Origin: Caldisericaceae bacterium
Lineage (GTDB): Bacteria; Caldisericota; Caldisericia; Caldisericales; Caldisericaceae
DNA length: 64,000 nucleotides
NCBI GenBank assembly: GCA_049967855.1
Contig: JBMFRX010000006.1
Span: 1 to 64,000 of the forward strand
Direction of reading: 5' to 3'
In this document: one piece after another, positions 9,062 to 18,488 of the stretch
Layout of the letters: each line of letters starts with the position of its first letter
Position numbering within the stretch: the stretch's first letter is position 1
The notes under the pieces: model-generated
Seen by the model: the letters and a program-made list of their open reading frames with translations, nothing else
The model's database searches: none
Told to the model about the DNA's origin: nothing
Position numbers and translations under genes: made by a program

Positions 9062-10975
9062 ATGTCAGAAAGAAAAGCTAGAATCAATGGAAAGGACGTT
9101 TCGTTTCAGGATAAGATATCTGTGAAAGACCTGTTCAGGCTTGCAGGCGTTTCTGCCGATGCCGTCGCTGCAAAGGTCAATGAAAAACCAGTCGATACAA
9201 GCTTCATACTTGAAGAAGATGCCGATGTTGCTCCCATTGTTGTGAACTCTGAAGAAGGGGAAGAAATAATTCGCCACAGTACTTCTCATATACTTGCCCA
9301 GGCTGTGCTCCACCTTTTCCCAGAAGCCAAATACACCATTGGGCCTGCAATCGATAAAGGTTTCTACTATGATTTTGACGTGGAAAACGCCTGGACGAAT
9401 GATGATTTAGACAGAATCGAGCAGGAGATGAGAAAGATTGTGGAGGAAGACCTACCTTTTGAGAGAAAGGTTCTGTCGAAGGCCGATGCAATAGCTCTTT
9501 TCCAATCAAAAGGGCAGAACTATAAAGTTGAAATTATAAATGAAATAGAAAGTGACACGGTGACAATTTACTCTCAGGGCGATTTCACTGACCTGTGCAG
9601 AGGGCCACATATCCCCTCAACTCGATTTGCAAGCAATTTTAAACTGCTTTCTGTTGCTGGTGCTTATTGGCGTGGCGATGAGAAAAACAAAATGCTTCAG
9701 AGAATTTATGGCACTGCCTTTGCAACCAAAGAAGAGCTTGAACAATATCTTGCGTTTATTGAAGAGGCAAAGAAGCGTGATCACAGGAAACTCGGGAAAG
9801 AACTCGATTTATTCAGCATTAACGAAGACCTCGGCCCTGGGTTGATATTGTGGCATCCGAAGGGAGCAATGATTCGAAAGGTAATTGAGGATTTTTGGAG
9901 AGACGAGCATATTAAGCGTGGGTACTATTTTGTCAACTCTCCTCACATAGCGCGCGTTGAGGTGTGGAAGACATCTGGCCATTGGGATTTCTATAGAGAG
10001 AATATGTTCTCTCCGATGGATGTGGACAAAGGGTCATATATGGTTAAGCCGATGAACTGCCCATTCCACATTATGATATACAAGTCTCAAACGAGGAGTT
10101 ACAGAGATTTGCCTTTGCGGTATGCAGAGCTTGGCACTGTTTATAGATACGAGAGAGCTGGCGTTTTGCATGGCTTGCTCAGGGTGAGGGGCTTTACTCA
10201 GGATGACGCCCACCTTTTTGTAACACCTGAGAAACTTGAGGAAGAAATAATCGGAGTGGTGGAGTTTGCAAAGTTTATGATAGAAACATTTGGGTTTGAG
10301 AATTACAACATCTATCTTTCAACGCGTCCTGAAAAGTATGTTGGGAGCCTCGAGAATTGGGACCTTGCAACGAATGCTTTAAAGGTTGCTCTTGAGACAA
10401 TAAAACTCCCATACAAAGTTGACCCTGGAGAAGGCGTTTTCTACGGCCCAAAGATTGATATAAAACTTGTCGATGCAATAGGCAGAGAATGGCAGGGGCC
10501 AACTATTCAGGTTGATTTTAATTTGCCAGAACGTTTTGATGTAAATTACATTGGTGAAGATGGCAAGGAGCACAGGCCGATTATGATTCACAGGGTTGTG
10601 CTTGGTTCAATGGAGAGATTCTTCGGAACTCTAATCGAGCAGTATGCAGGTGCATTCCCAACTTGGCTTGCTCCTGTGCAGGTGAAGATTATTCCTATTG
10701 CAGATAGGCATTTAGATTATGCAAAATCTGTTTACAATGCTCTCTTTGCGAAGGGAATTCGTGTCGAAATTGATTCGCGCAGCGAGAAGATGAATTCCAA
10801 AATCAGAGATGCAGAGTTTGAAAAAGTTCCTTATATACTTGTCCTTGGAGACAGAGAACAGGAAAATAAATCTGTTTCAGTGAGAAAGCGTAAGGTAGGA
10901 GATAAGGGCGCTATCTCTGTCAATGATTTTATTGAGAGCATCACTGAGGAAATCGAGAAAAAGGTTATTGATTAA
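9062..10975 (+). CDS. thrS: Threonine--tRNA ligase
   Basis: RHSTSH, DLCRGPH, RDHRKLGKEL, KPMNCP and FYGPKID motifs. SD GGAGG precedes ATG 9062. Confidence 0.97.
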   Translation: MSERKARINGKDVSFQDKISVKDLFRLAGVSADAVAAKVNEKPVDTSFILEEDADVAPIVVNSEEGEEIIRHSTSHILAQAVLHLFPEAKYTIGPAIDKGFYYDFDVENAWTNDDLDRIEQEMRKIVEEDLPFERKVLSKADAIALFQSKGQNYKVEIINEIESDTVTIYSQGDFTDLCRGPHIPSTRFASNFKLLSVAGAYWRGDEKNKMLQRIYGTAFATKEELEQYLAFIEEAKKRDHRKLGKELDLFSINEDLGPGLILWHPKGAMIRKVIEDFWRDEHIKRGYYFVNSPHIARVEVWKTSGHWDFYRENMFSPMDVDKGSYMVKPMNCPFHIMIYKSQTRSYRDLPLRYAELGTVYRYERAGVLHGLLRVRGFTQDDAHLFVTPEKLEEEIIGVVEFAKFMIETFGFENYNIYLSTRPEKYVGSLENWDLATNALKVALETIKLPYKVDPGEGVFYGPKIDIKLVDAIGREWQGPTIQVDFNLPERFDVNYIGEDGKEHRPIMIHRVVLGSMERFFGTLIEQYAGAFPTWLAPVQVKIIPIADRHLDYAKSVYNALFAKGIRVEIDSRSEKMNSKIRDAEFEKVPYILVLGDREQENKSVSVRKRKVGDKGAISVNDFIESITEEIEKKVID

Positions 10976-11009
10976 TTTGAAGATTTGAATATAATACTAA
11001 GTGACAATT

Positions 11010-11118
11010 AGAAAAAAGAGCGTTTTGCTCTACCTTAAGCGGCCGAGAGCTTGTGAAAAGGTTTGAATATAGGATTATTTATATATTAGGTAGCTTCTCG
11101 GCTACCTATATTTTTTTT
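11010..11118 (+). promoter_or_regulatory. L20-leader-like attenuator upstream of infC-rpmI-rplT
   Basis: AGAGC-GTTTT-GCTCT hairpin followed by ACCT; terminator TAGGTAGC-N6-GCTACCTA-T-tract (11087-11118); competing pairing GCCGAGAGCT (11042-11051) with AGCTTCTCGGC (11092-11102); canonical position. Confidence 0.65.
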
Positions 11119-11131
11119 CGGAGGTGCAAGT

Positions 11132-11725
11132 ATTAAAGCGAAAGATGTTATTGCGAATGAAAGTGTAAGATGGAAAGAGGTGCGTGTGATTGATGAGAAT
11201 GGCGCGCAGCTCGGTATTATGAGTTCAAGAGAGGCGTATTTGCTTGCGAGAGATCGTGGGTATGATTTGGTAGCAATTGCGCCAACTGCCACGCCCCCTG
11301 TTTGTAGGATTGTTGACCTTGGCAAGTACATCTATGAACAGGAGAAGAAAGAGAAGGAATCTAAGAAGAGGCAGACTAAAATTGAGATTAAGCAGATGAG
11401 GTACAGGCTGAAGATTGATTCAGGAGATCTCGCCATAAAAAACAGAAAGGTAAGAGAGTTTCTTGAGGAAGGAAACAGAGTGGACATTGCGATATGGTTT
11501 AGAGGAAGAGAAATGGCTTTTACTGACAAGGGCTTTGAGCTTGCGCATAAAATAATTGATTCGCTTTCTGATGTGGCAAATGTTTCTTCTGAACCAAAAA
11601 TGGCTGGGAAGAATCTTATTTTTGGGCTTGAGCCAAACAAGGATACGCTTAAGAGAGCCAAGGAAAGGAGAGAAAAAAATGTTAAAAAAAATGAGAACAA
11701 TGAAGTCGGCAGCAAAGAGGTTTAA
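11132..11725 (+). CDS. infC: Translation initiation factor IF-3 (ATT start)
   Basis: GGAGG then in-frame ATT at 11132 (IKAKDVIANESVR...); VRVIDENGAQLG and FRGRE motifs. Confidence 0.95.
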   Translation: MKAKDVIANESVRWKEVRVIDENGAQLGIMSSREAYLLARDRGYDLVAIAPTATPPVCRIVDLGKYIYEQEKKEKESKKRQTKIEIKQMRYRLKIDSGDLAIKNRKVREFLEEGNRVDIAIWFRGREMAFTDKGFELAHKIIDSLSDVANVSSEPKMAGKNLIFGLEPNKDTLKRAKERREKNVKKNENNEVGSKEV

Positions 11726-11882
11726 AATTACAGGCAGCGGAAAAATTGTGGCTTGCGGTGCTGGACATTCTCACCACTTAGAGAAGAAGAGCATGAAAAG
11801 AAAAAGCAGAATGCTGGCTTTGAGGGTTGTTGGCAAAACTGACCTTAAGAATATTAAGGCACTGTTACCTTACATTAAGTAG
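11679..11882 (+). CDS. rpmI: 50S ribosomal protein L35
   Basis: KMRTMKSAAKRFKITGSGK...GHSHHLEKK; SD AAGGAG before ATG 11679. Confidence 0.94.
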   Translation: MLKKMRTMKSAAKRFKITGSGKIVACGAGHSHHLEKKSMKRKSRMLALRVVGKTDLKNIKALLPYIK

Positions 11883-11919
11883 TTTTTGAAATTCAATTAG
11901 CTAAAAAGGAAGTGATATT

Positions 11920-12285
11920 ATGAGAGTTAAAGCAGGTGTTGTCAATAGAAGGAAACACAAGAAGATTTTAAAAATGACAGAAGGGTATCGAGGCGCTGCT
12001 TCGAGGAGATTTAAGGTTGCAAACGAAGCCTTGCTTCACGGTATGAAGTATGCCTTTATCGGAAGAAAGCTTAAGAAGAGAGAGTACAGGAGTCTCTGGA
12101 TTGTGAGGATTAATGCTCTTGCTCGTGAGCACGGTATTTCGTATAGCAGGCTTATGAACGGCTTGAAAATGGCAAACATTGACATTGATAGAAAAATGCT
12201 TGCTGACCTTGCTGTAAATGATGAAAAAGCATTCTTAGAGTTGGTTGAGAAGTCAAAGGAAGCTCTTTCAAAAGCAAATGCATAG
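11920..12285 (+). CDS. rplT: 50S ribosomal protein L20
   Basis: MRVK..., KKREYRSLWIVRINA, IDRKMLADLA. Confidence 0.97.
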   Translation: MRVKAGVVNRRKHKKILKMTEGYRGAASRRFKVANEALLHGMKYAFIGRKLKKREYRSLWIVRINALAREHGISYSRLMNGLKMANIDIDRKMLADLAVNDEKAFLELVEKSKEALSKANA

Positions 12286-12304
12286 TAGTTTTACGGCATT
12301 TACG

Positions 12305-12334
12305 ATAAGGGGTGGTAAGCTTACTACCCCTTAT
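12305..12334 (+). terminator. Terminator hairpin after rplT
   Basis: ATAAGGGGTGGT-AAGCTT-ACTACCCCTTAT. Confidence 0.7.
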
Positions 12335-12455
12335 GATTTTTCATAGTTTCTTTGAGATTTCCTATGCTAAACTCAAAGCTTATGAGGATAAGCCAGACTC
12401 AAATTGAAAGCTAAAGGAAATTTGGGCAAAGCAAATTGAAATAATTTTTTCCTGT

Positions 12456-12968
12456 CTATACTCTTACAACTGTGCCTAAGGCCTCTTTTGCTTTCACAAA
12501 ATTCTTGTTGAACTGGAAAACAATTTTGTTGGAATTTGTAATGAGAGTCAATTCGTGCGGCAAACTAAGGTCTTCGACATTTGAACTTCCTGCTGGCTGT
12601 ATTCTAACGTTTATTATTGCAGCTGACTTGTCTCTGTAAACACCTCTCTTAAGCTTGGCAGTCGTTATGTCTTCTGAGCGAAGAGCAAAATTCTCAGGGT
12701 GTTCCTTTGAGACTTCGTCAGGTTGCATGTCATAGTACTTGTCAAAGTAAGTGAGGCTTGCAGACATCTGCGAGAAGAACTGTTTCAGCTTTCCGCTGCC
12801 ACTTTCTTTCGATTCCTCTTTTCTTCTCTGTGCTTCCTTGTTGAACAAGTCTTGTGTCCACTTTGCAAAAATTAGTCTTTCGTTTGTCACAATGATTGCC
12901 CAGCTTTCCGACTTAAAAATACCCTTTTTCCAGTTACCTGGAATCACTTCGATAACCCTCTCTTCCAT
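12456..12968 (-). CDS. Hypothetical protein (possible PH-like fold)
   Basis: 170-aa ORF with GGAGG SD; IIVTNERLIF resembles bacterial PH-domain strands. Confidence 0.65.
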   Translation of the reverse strand: MEERVIEVIPGNWKKGIFKSESWAIIVTNERLIFAKWTQDLFNKEAQRRKEESKESGSGKLKQFFSQMSASLTYFDKYYDMQPDEVSKEHPENFALRSEDITTAKLKRGVYRDKSAAIINVRIQPAGSSNVEDLSLPHELTLITNSNKIVFQFNKNFVKAKEALGTVVRV

Positions 12969-13026
12969 CTTTTCCTCCTTTTTTTAATTATATCAGAGAC
13001 ATCGCCAGATTGCAACAGACAAATGT

Positions 13027-13052
13027 AGAGGATAGGAGCGTTCCTATCCTCT
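13027..13052 (-). terminator. Hairpin after ribU
   Basis: AGAGGATAGGA-GCGT-TCCTATCCTCT. Confidence 0.6.
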
Positions 13053-13057
13053 TTACT

Positions 13058-13618
13058 TTAGTTCAGAAAATTTCTCTTGAGGAGAGCCAGCGAAAGGAAA
13101 CTCACCAGAACCACATCAAGGGCAGCCTTTACAAGATTAAAAGGAATGTTTACCTTGTATATGTATTCCACAAGTGCCTCTTGTGTGATGCCTGGCATAA
13201 ACAGAGGGACAGCCCAAAAGTTCACTGGAACCATCACCGCTACCATTGAAATCCCACCAAGCAGTAATCCAATGGCGATTGTTGAGATAGACTTCTTTTT
13301 GATTGTGAGAAGTCCTGTTACGAATGCGAAAGTCGCTACAGCGATGAAGTTTACAAGTACTCCAATTGGCCCTCCTCCGCCTGCTCCAGTTGCAAAAAAG
13401 AGTAGATTCTTAATTAGGGCAATTGCGATTCCATAAATTGGCCCAAGTTGGATTGCTCCAAGAAGCAGGGGAATGTCACCTAAATCTGTTTTTAAAAAAG
13501 GAACCGACGGGATGAGAGGAAACTCAATAAACCTCATCAGTACAAAGCTTAGTGCCGCAAGAATGCCTGCGTAGATGATGTTGCGAAGTCTTTTACTGCT
13601 ATTGTTAGTCCAGGACAT
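13058..13618 (-). CDS. ribU: ECF transporter S component, riboflavin RibU-like
   Basis: IEFPL.P..PFLK.DLGDIP, IKNLL and PFNLVK motifs; FMN riboswitch upstream. Confidence 0.85.
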   Translation of the reverse strand: MSWTNNSSKRLRNIIYAGILAALSFVLMRFIEFPLIPSVPFLKTDLGDIPLLLGAIQLGPIYGIAIALIKNLLFFATGAGGGGPIGVLVNFIAVATFAFVTGLLTIKKKSISTIAIGLLLGGISMVAVMVPVNFWAVPLFMPGITQEALVEYIYKVNIPFNLVKAALDVVLVSFLSLALLKRNFLN

Positions 13619-13624
13619 AATTCA

Positions 13625-13774
13625 CCTCCTTCTTACCAGACTTTACTGTCGGCTTCGGATTTTCACCAAATCCACCTCTTCTTTGAAGAGGGTCGTGGGC
13701 TCAAGAGTTTACTCATCTTTTACCACCGATCAGGAATTGTCACCTGTGTTAGGTAACTCACCTTGCCCTGGAGG
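13625..13774 (-). promoter_or_regulatory. FMN (RFN) riboswitch
   Basis: CCUCCAGGGCAAGGUGA...AAUUCCUGAUCGGUGGUA...AGCCCACGA...GAUUUGGUGAAAAUCCGAAGCCGACAGUAAAGUCUGG...GGAGG; the P1 3' strand is the ribU SD. Confidence 0.88.
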
Positions 13775-13853
13775 CATCTTTATAATTTTAGTAGTTTTTC
13801 AAATTTCTGTCAAGTCCACGAATTACGAATATTGAATTTTGTCTAGTATAAAA

Positions 13854-13880
13854 ATTGCTGCTCGGGTAGGGAGCAGCAAT
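13854..13880 (-). terminator. Terminator after the SdpI-like gene
   Basis: ATTGCTGCTC-N7-GAGCAGCAAT followed by a T-run on the minus strand. Confidence 0.65.
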
Positions 13881-13903
13881 GTGCATTTTGATTACTATTT
13901 AAG

Positions 13904-14557
13904 CTAATTTGCACTCTTTTGTTCTTTCTGGTACTCAAGATATGAGTAAATTAAGAGGAAGAGCGTCGAGACAAGTATGGGCACAAGTATAAAGTACATT
14001 GAATAGCTTCCAAACAAGGCTCCAATGAGTGCAATTACTCCGCAGACCTTGAACAAGAGAGCGCCTTTTTTGTGTGTTTTATCCCAGACTGTGTCTGAAC
14101 TGAGTGTCCAGGGGGTTCTAATTCCTATAAACCAATTTCGCTTTGCCTTTTCCAGGAGAACGCCAATAAGATAAAACAGCACTCCCATAAGTATCGGGAT
14201 AAACAGGTTGATCTGTATTTTGACGCCGACATTCCACAGCAGAGTCTGAAGCTGAACCAAGAGCATAAACACTAAGAAGAAAACTATGAATTCGTAGTAA
14301 TAGTCTTTGAACTTTTTTATGTTTTCTTTCAGTGGGTCAATTAAGGGAACTACCAATAAGAGGCCTACAATCGCAATGCTTATAAGCGGAGAAGTAAAAG
14401 TCCCCCAGAATTTTGACATATACCCATCAACTTGTCCCTGTGCGTTCCAGTGCGAAGCAACTTTATCCGGGAGCTGAGGATAGAAAACAATGCTAATGAT
14501 GAAAGTCAGTGCAAGAATTGCTAAGATAACCCCAATCAAAATCCTTTCTTTTTTCAT
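13904..14557 (-). CDS. SdpI/YhfL-family membrane protein (DUF1648 + SdpI)
   Basis: LPDKVASHWN..GQVDG and NWFIGIRTPWTLSS..VW.KTH motifs. Confidence 0.88.
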   Translation of the reverse strand: MKKERILIGVILAILALTFIISIVFYPQLPDKVASHWNAQGQVDGYMSKFWGTFTSPLISIAIVGLLLVVPLIDPLKENIKKFKDYYYEFIVFFLVFMLLVQLQTLLWNVGVKIQINLFIPILMGVLFYLIGVLLEKAKRNWFIGIRTPWTLSSDTVWDKTHKKGALLFKVCGVIALIGALFGSYSMYFILVPILVSTLFLLIYSYLEYQKEQKSAN

Positions 14558-14579
14558 TTGATGCCTCCTTGTTTAACAT

Positions 14580-14888
14580 CTACGAACCTGTGATAAGGTT
14601 GTAGTATATTTTAGGATTAAGAGCCTCCACAACTTTTATGTTTATGTATCCACTCTTTGAAAACTCCTCAACAATGCTCTGAGTAATTTTCTGAATAAGT
14701 GCCCAGCTTATGAGTTTGCAGAAGTAACAAACAGGAGTGTTGCTCTCAAAGCTCATCCAGATTTCGGTCTTAAGCTCATTCACTGTGAACCCGTAGACGA
14801 GCCCTTCTGAAACTATATCCAAACCTGTTTCAGGGTCTTTGATTCTTTTCAATATCTCTATGATTGCCCTATCATCAAACTTGTCCAT
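14580..14888 (-). CDS. DUF59/MIP18-like FeS assembly protein
   Basis: L..IKDPETGLDIVSEGLVY and TPVC motifs. Confidence 0.72.
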   Translation of the reverse strand: MDKFDDRAIIEILKRIKDPETGLDIVSEGLVYGFTVNELKTEIWMSFESNTPVCYFCKLISWALIQKITQSIVEEFSKSGYINIKVVEALNPKIYYNLITGS

Positions 14889-14889
14889 T

Positions 14890-15792
14890 TTAAATCAACT
14901 CCACCTCTCTCAAAATGTTCTTGATATCATCTATTCTTGAGTCATCAAGTTGAAATGGCTTTCTCATTACAGGTTGTACCGAGAAGCCCATAAGGTTCAA
15001 CGAGATTTTGAGTGCTCCTGCGAATGAGTTTGTTAAGTCATAGATTTGCGAAAGCTTGCCAACTTTTCTTTGAATTTCTGCAAGAGGAGTAAACTCGTTT
15101 GCAATGTATGCATTGTATGCCTGTCTGAAGAGATGCGGTGCTGCGTTTGCAAATCCAAGAATGGCTCCGTCTCCGCCCTCAAGCAGGTTATAGACAAAGA
15201 GATTTTCTATTCCAGTAAAAACAGTAAATTCTGGCCTTATTTTTTTGACCCCCTCTATTAAGTTTCTGTGATAGCTTGAGCTATCTATTGTAGCCTTGAC
15301 GCCCGCAATGCGTTCATCCATCATTGCAAGGCGCTTTATGGTGTCTTCCTTGATGCTGTATCCTGCAGCAACAGGGATATTGTAAATGAAAGTTGGCAGG
15401 TTTGAGGACTGGGCAATTGAGGTGAAGTAATTTATTATTCCTTGCTCGTCTGGTATAAGGAAATAGGGTGGAGGGGAAACCACGGCATCATATTCCAGCT
15501 CATTTGCAGAATCACATAATGATTTTACCTCGTCGGGTACTTGAGAAGAGACATTTAGAAAAAGCTTTACTCTGTGGTCAACTTTCTTTGAGACGAATTT
15601 GGCTACTTGCTTTTTCTCTTCCAAAGAGAGAGAAGTGAATTCTCCAGTTGTTGCGTTAACAAAAATACCATCGGCGTCTTTTGAGATTACATATTCAATT
15701 ATCTCTGCCATTGCGTTATAATCAATGCTGTAATCTTCGTTGAACGGCGTAATCAATGCTACATTAACTCCTCTAAAAGCCCCTGTTATCAT
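14890..15792 (-). CDS. DapA-family class I aldolase (DHDPS/KDG aldolase/NAL superfamily)
   Basis: ALITPF, TTGE, PPYF, IYNIP and Schiff-base GVK motifs; SD GGAGG favours ATG 15792. Confidence 0.85.
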   Translation of the reverse strand: MITGAFRGVNVALITPFNEDYSIDYNAMAEIIEYVISKDADGIFVNATTGEFTSLSLEEKKQVAKFVSKKVDHRVKLFLNVSSQVPDEVKSLCDSANELEYDAVVSPPPYFLIPDEQGIINYFTSIAQSSNLPTFIYNIPVAAGYSIKEDTIKRLAMMDERIAGVKATIDSSSYHRNLIEGVKKIRPEFTVFTGIENLFVYNLLEGGDGAILGFANAAPHLFRQAYNAYIANEFTPLAEIQRKVGKLSQIYDLTNSFAGALKISLNLMGFSVQPVMRKPFQLDDSRIDDIKNILREVELI

Positions 15793-15870
15793 ATTTATAA
15801 CCTCCATATTATAATTATATCATAAAATAGATTGTTTTTAGTGGCAAAAATATCAAAGTGAGAGGTGGTT

Positions 15871-16731
15871 ATGGAAGTTAAGACTGAATGCTTGAAATGC
15901 ATTTTCAACCAGGCATATAGGACAGCAAAAGTTAGCACAAGCGATGATGCTAAAGTGAGGCAAATATTAAGCCTTGCTTGTGAACACCTGAAGAGCCTCA
16001 ACTTCAACCAGACTCCTCCAGAGGCTGCGCAATACATTTACAAGATGGTCTCGGATATAAGCGGAATGGTTGACCCGTATTCAGAGATAAAAAAAGAGCA
16101 CGTAAGAAAAGCCCTGCGAATCTACAACAAAATGATAGCTCTTGTTAACAGTTCAGAAGACCCTTTGAAGGAAGCTGTGAGAGTGGCAATAGTTGGCAAT
16201 GCGATAGATATGGGCAGCCTTTTTGAAGGCGTCATTATAAGCGAGTCAGTATTAACGGATATGAAAGTCAATTTTGTTGACAGGGATTATCCTCTGTTTA
16301 ATGAAATGGTGGATAAATCTGAGCAAATCGTTTTTCTTGCTGATAATGCAGGAGAAACAGTATTCGATAGGCCATTATTAAATTTACTCCTTGAGCGAGG
16401 CAAAAAGGTTGTTTATGCGGTAAAGAGCGCTCCGATAATCAATGATGCAACAAAAGAGGATGCAGTGCTTTCGTCTGTTGAAGCTCCTATTGTGGAGAGC
16501 GGCTCTTCTTTCGCTGGCACTGTATTAAGAGATTGCTCAAGCGACTTTACGAAGATTCTTTACGGTTCTGATTTGATAATCGCCAAAGGTCAGGCAAATT
16601 ATGAGACTTTATCTCAGGAAAAACTCCCTGTATTTTTTCTTTTCAAAGTGAAATGTGAACCAATCTCAGCAGATACTGGCATTAGTGTTGGTTCGCTTGC
16701 GATATTGAAGTCTAAAACCTCTGGACGTTAG
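15871..16731 (+). CDS. DUF89/ARMT1-like damage-control phosphatase
   Basis: C..C, DPY, GNAID, DNAGE.VFD, INDAT, KGQANYETL and KC motifs. Confidence 0.88.
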   Translation: MEVKTECLKCIFNQAYRTAKVSTSDDAKVRQILSLACEHLKSLNFNQTPPEAAQYIYKMVSDISGMVDPYSEIKKEHVRKALRIYNKMIALVNSSEDPLKEAVRVAIVGNAIDMGSLFEGVIISESVLTDMKVNFVDRDYPLFNEMVDKSEQIVFLADNAGETVFDRPLLNLLLERGKKVVYAVKSAPIINDATKEDAVLSSVEAPIVESGSSFAGTVLRDCSSDFTKILYGSDLIIAKGQANYETLSQEKLPVFFLFKVKCEPISADTGISVGSLAILKSKTSGR

Positions 16732-16855
16732 TTTTGTTGACTTTTTGGAGTATTTGCATATAATTGCCTTTAACATAGAATGTAAACAGGAGGCGGTAAT
16801 TGGGAAATAATTCGAAAAGGATTTGCAATTTAACTAAAACAAAGGAGGCAAAAGA

Positions 16856-18439
16856 ATGAAAAAAGTAATTACATTGTTCGTGCTTTTAGCACTGAGTGTA
16901 AGTGTTTTGGCAGGATGCAAGCCTGTTGCAAAGACTCCAGTTACACTTGTTTTTGCAAAGGGCGATGCTGTTGAACTTGACCCAGCTGATGTCACCGATG
17001 GTGAATCAGTTACTGTAATGAACAACATTTTTGAGGGTCTTGTTAGGTACAAATCTGGTTCCACAGAGGTTGAGCCGTGTCTTGCAACAAGTTGGGACAC
17101 CTCGACAGATGGTCTTGTGTGGACATTCCACCTAAGGCAAAATGTGAAGTTCCAGGACGGAACTCCCTTCAATGCAGATGCAGTAGTGTTTTCTTATGAA
17201 AGGCAAAGAGATCCTAATCACCCATTCCACCAGTACGGGAAATGGGAATATTGGGGATGGTGTTTCAGTGAAATTGCAAAAACTGAAAAGGTGGATGATT
17301 CAACTGTAAAAATCACTCTTTCACATCCATTTGCTCCTTTCCTGAGCACAATGGCAATGTTTACGATGGATGTTGTAAGTCCAACGAATTGTGATAAATG
17401 GAAGGATCAATGGTTTGCTCATCCTGTTGGCACCGGTCCATTTACGTTTGTTGAATGGGTAAAAGGCGATCACATAACTCTTACGAAGAACAATGACTAT
17501 TGGGGAACAAAGCCTCAAATTGACCAGCTTATCTTCAAGGTCATCGACGATGCTTCTTCAAGGTATCTTGCTCTTCAGAAAGGCGAAGTTCAGGGAATGG
17601 AATTCCCGAATCCTGATGACCTACCAAAGATTTCACAGGATCCTAATTTGACTGTTTTAAGTGAGCCAGGTTTGAACGTTGGGTATCTTGCAATGAATAT
17701 GGGAACGGATACTCCTGGCTATCAGAAGGAATTTGGAGATGTGCGAGTGAGGCAAGCAGTAAATTATGCCATAAATAAAGAATCGATTGTAAATAACCTT
17801 TACAAGGGGACGGCGGTTGAAGCATCAAACCCAATACCTCCTACTCTTTGGGGATTCAATGACGCAGTCTCGGCGTATCCATACGACCCAGCGAAGGCTA
17901 AGGAACTTTTGAAAGAAGCTGGGTATCCGAATGGTTTCAAGACAAAGTTGTGGGCAATGCCTGTTTCAAGGCCATATATGTTTGACCCTAAAGCTATTGC
18001 TACGGCAATTCAGGCGGATTTAAAGAATGTGGGGATTGATGCTGAGATAGTAACTTATGATTGGGGAACATACCTGCAAAAGACTGAGGCAGGAGAACAT
18101 CCAATGGCTCTGCTTGGTTGGACTGCTGACTATGCCGACCCAGACGATTTCTTGTATGTCTTGCTTGATTCTGATTCAGCAACAGTAGGCTCTGCTGGCA
18201 ACATAGCTTTCTATAGAAATCCTACTGTTCATAGCCTGAATATTAAAGCTCAGCAGACTACTGATCTTAACACGAGAATTGCGCTTTACAAGCAAGTGCA
18301 ACAAATAGTTCATGATGATGCCCCTTGGGTGCCACTTGCTTATGCAAAGCAGACTCTTGTGTTTGCAAACAATGTGAAAGGCTTCGTCCTGTACCCAACT
18401 GGCGATTACCACTTTGATACAGTTTACTTCAGCAAGTAA
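16856..18439 (+). CDS. dppA: Dipeptide/oligopeptide ABC substrate-binding lipoprotein
   Basis: Lipobox LAGC; family-5 SBP motifs LATSW...F.LRQNVKFQDGTPFNADAV and PVGTGPF. Confidence 0.9.
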   Translation: MKKVITLFVLLALSVSVLAGCKPVAKTPVTLVFAKGDAVELDPADVTDGESVTVMNNIFEGLVRYKSGSTEVEPCLATSWDTSTDGLVWTFHLRQNVKFQDGTPFNADAVVFSYERQRDPNHPFHQYGKWEYWGWCFSEIAKTEKVDDSTVKITLSHPFAPFLSTMAMFTMDVVSPTNCDKWKDQWFAHPVGTGPFTFVEWVKGDHITLTKNNDYWGTKPQIDQLIFKVIDDASSRYLALQKGEVQGMEFPNPDDLPKISQDPNLTVLSEPGLNVGYLAMNMGTDTPGYQKEFGDVRVRQAVNYAINKESIVNNLYKGTAVEASNPIPPTLWGFNDAVSAYPYDPAKAKELLKEAGYPNGFKTKLWAMPVSRPYMFDPKAIATAIQADLKNVGIDAEIVTYDWGTYLQKTEAGEHPMALLGWTADYADPDDFLYVLLDSDSATVGSAGNIAFYRNPTVHSLNIKAQQTTDLNTRIALYKQVQQIVHDDAPWVPLAYAKQTLVFANNVKGFVLYPTGDYHFDTVYFSK

Positions 18440-18448
18440 ATGATGTGC

Positions 18449-18473
18449 TTGGAGGGGCCCGGAGCCCCTCCAA
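18449..18473 (+). other. Intergenic hairpin after dppA (mRNA stabiliser/partial terminator)
   Basis: TTGGAGGGGC-CCGGA-GCCCCTCCAA without a U-tract. Confidence 0.55.
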
Positions 18474-18488
18474 AGTTAAAGGAATGAA

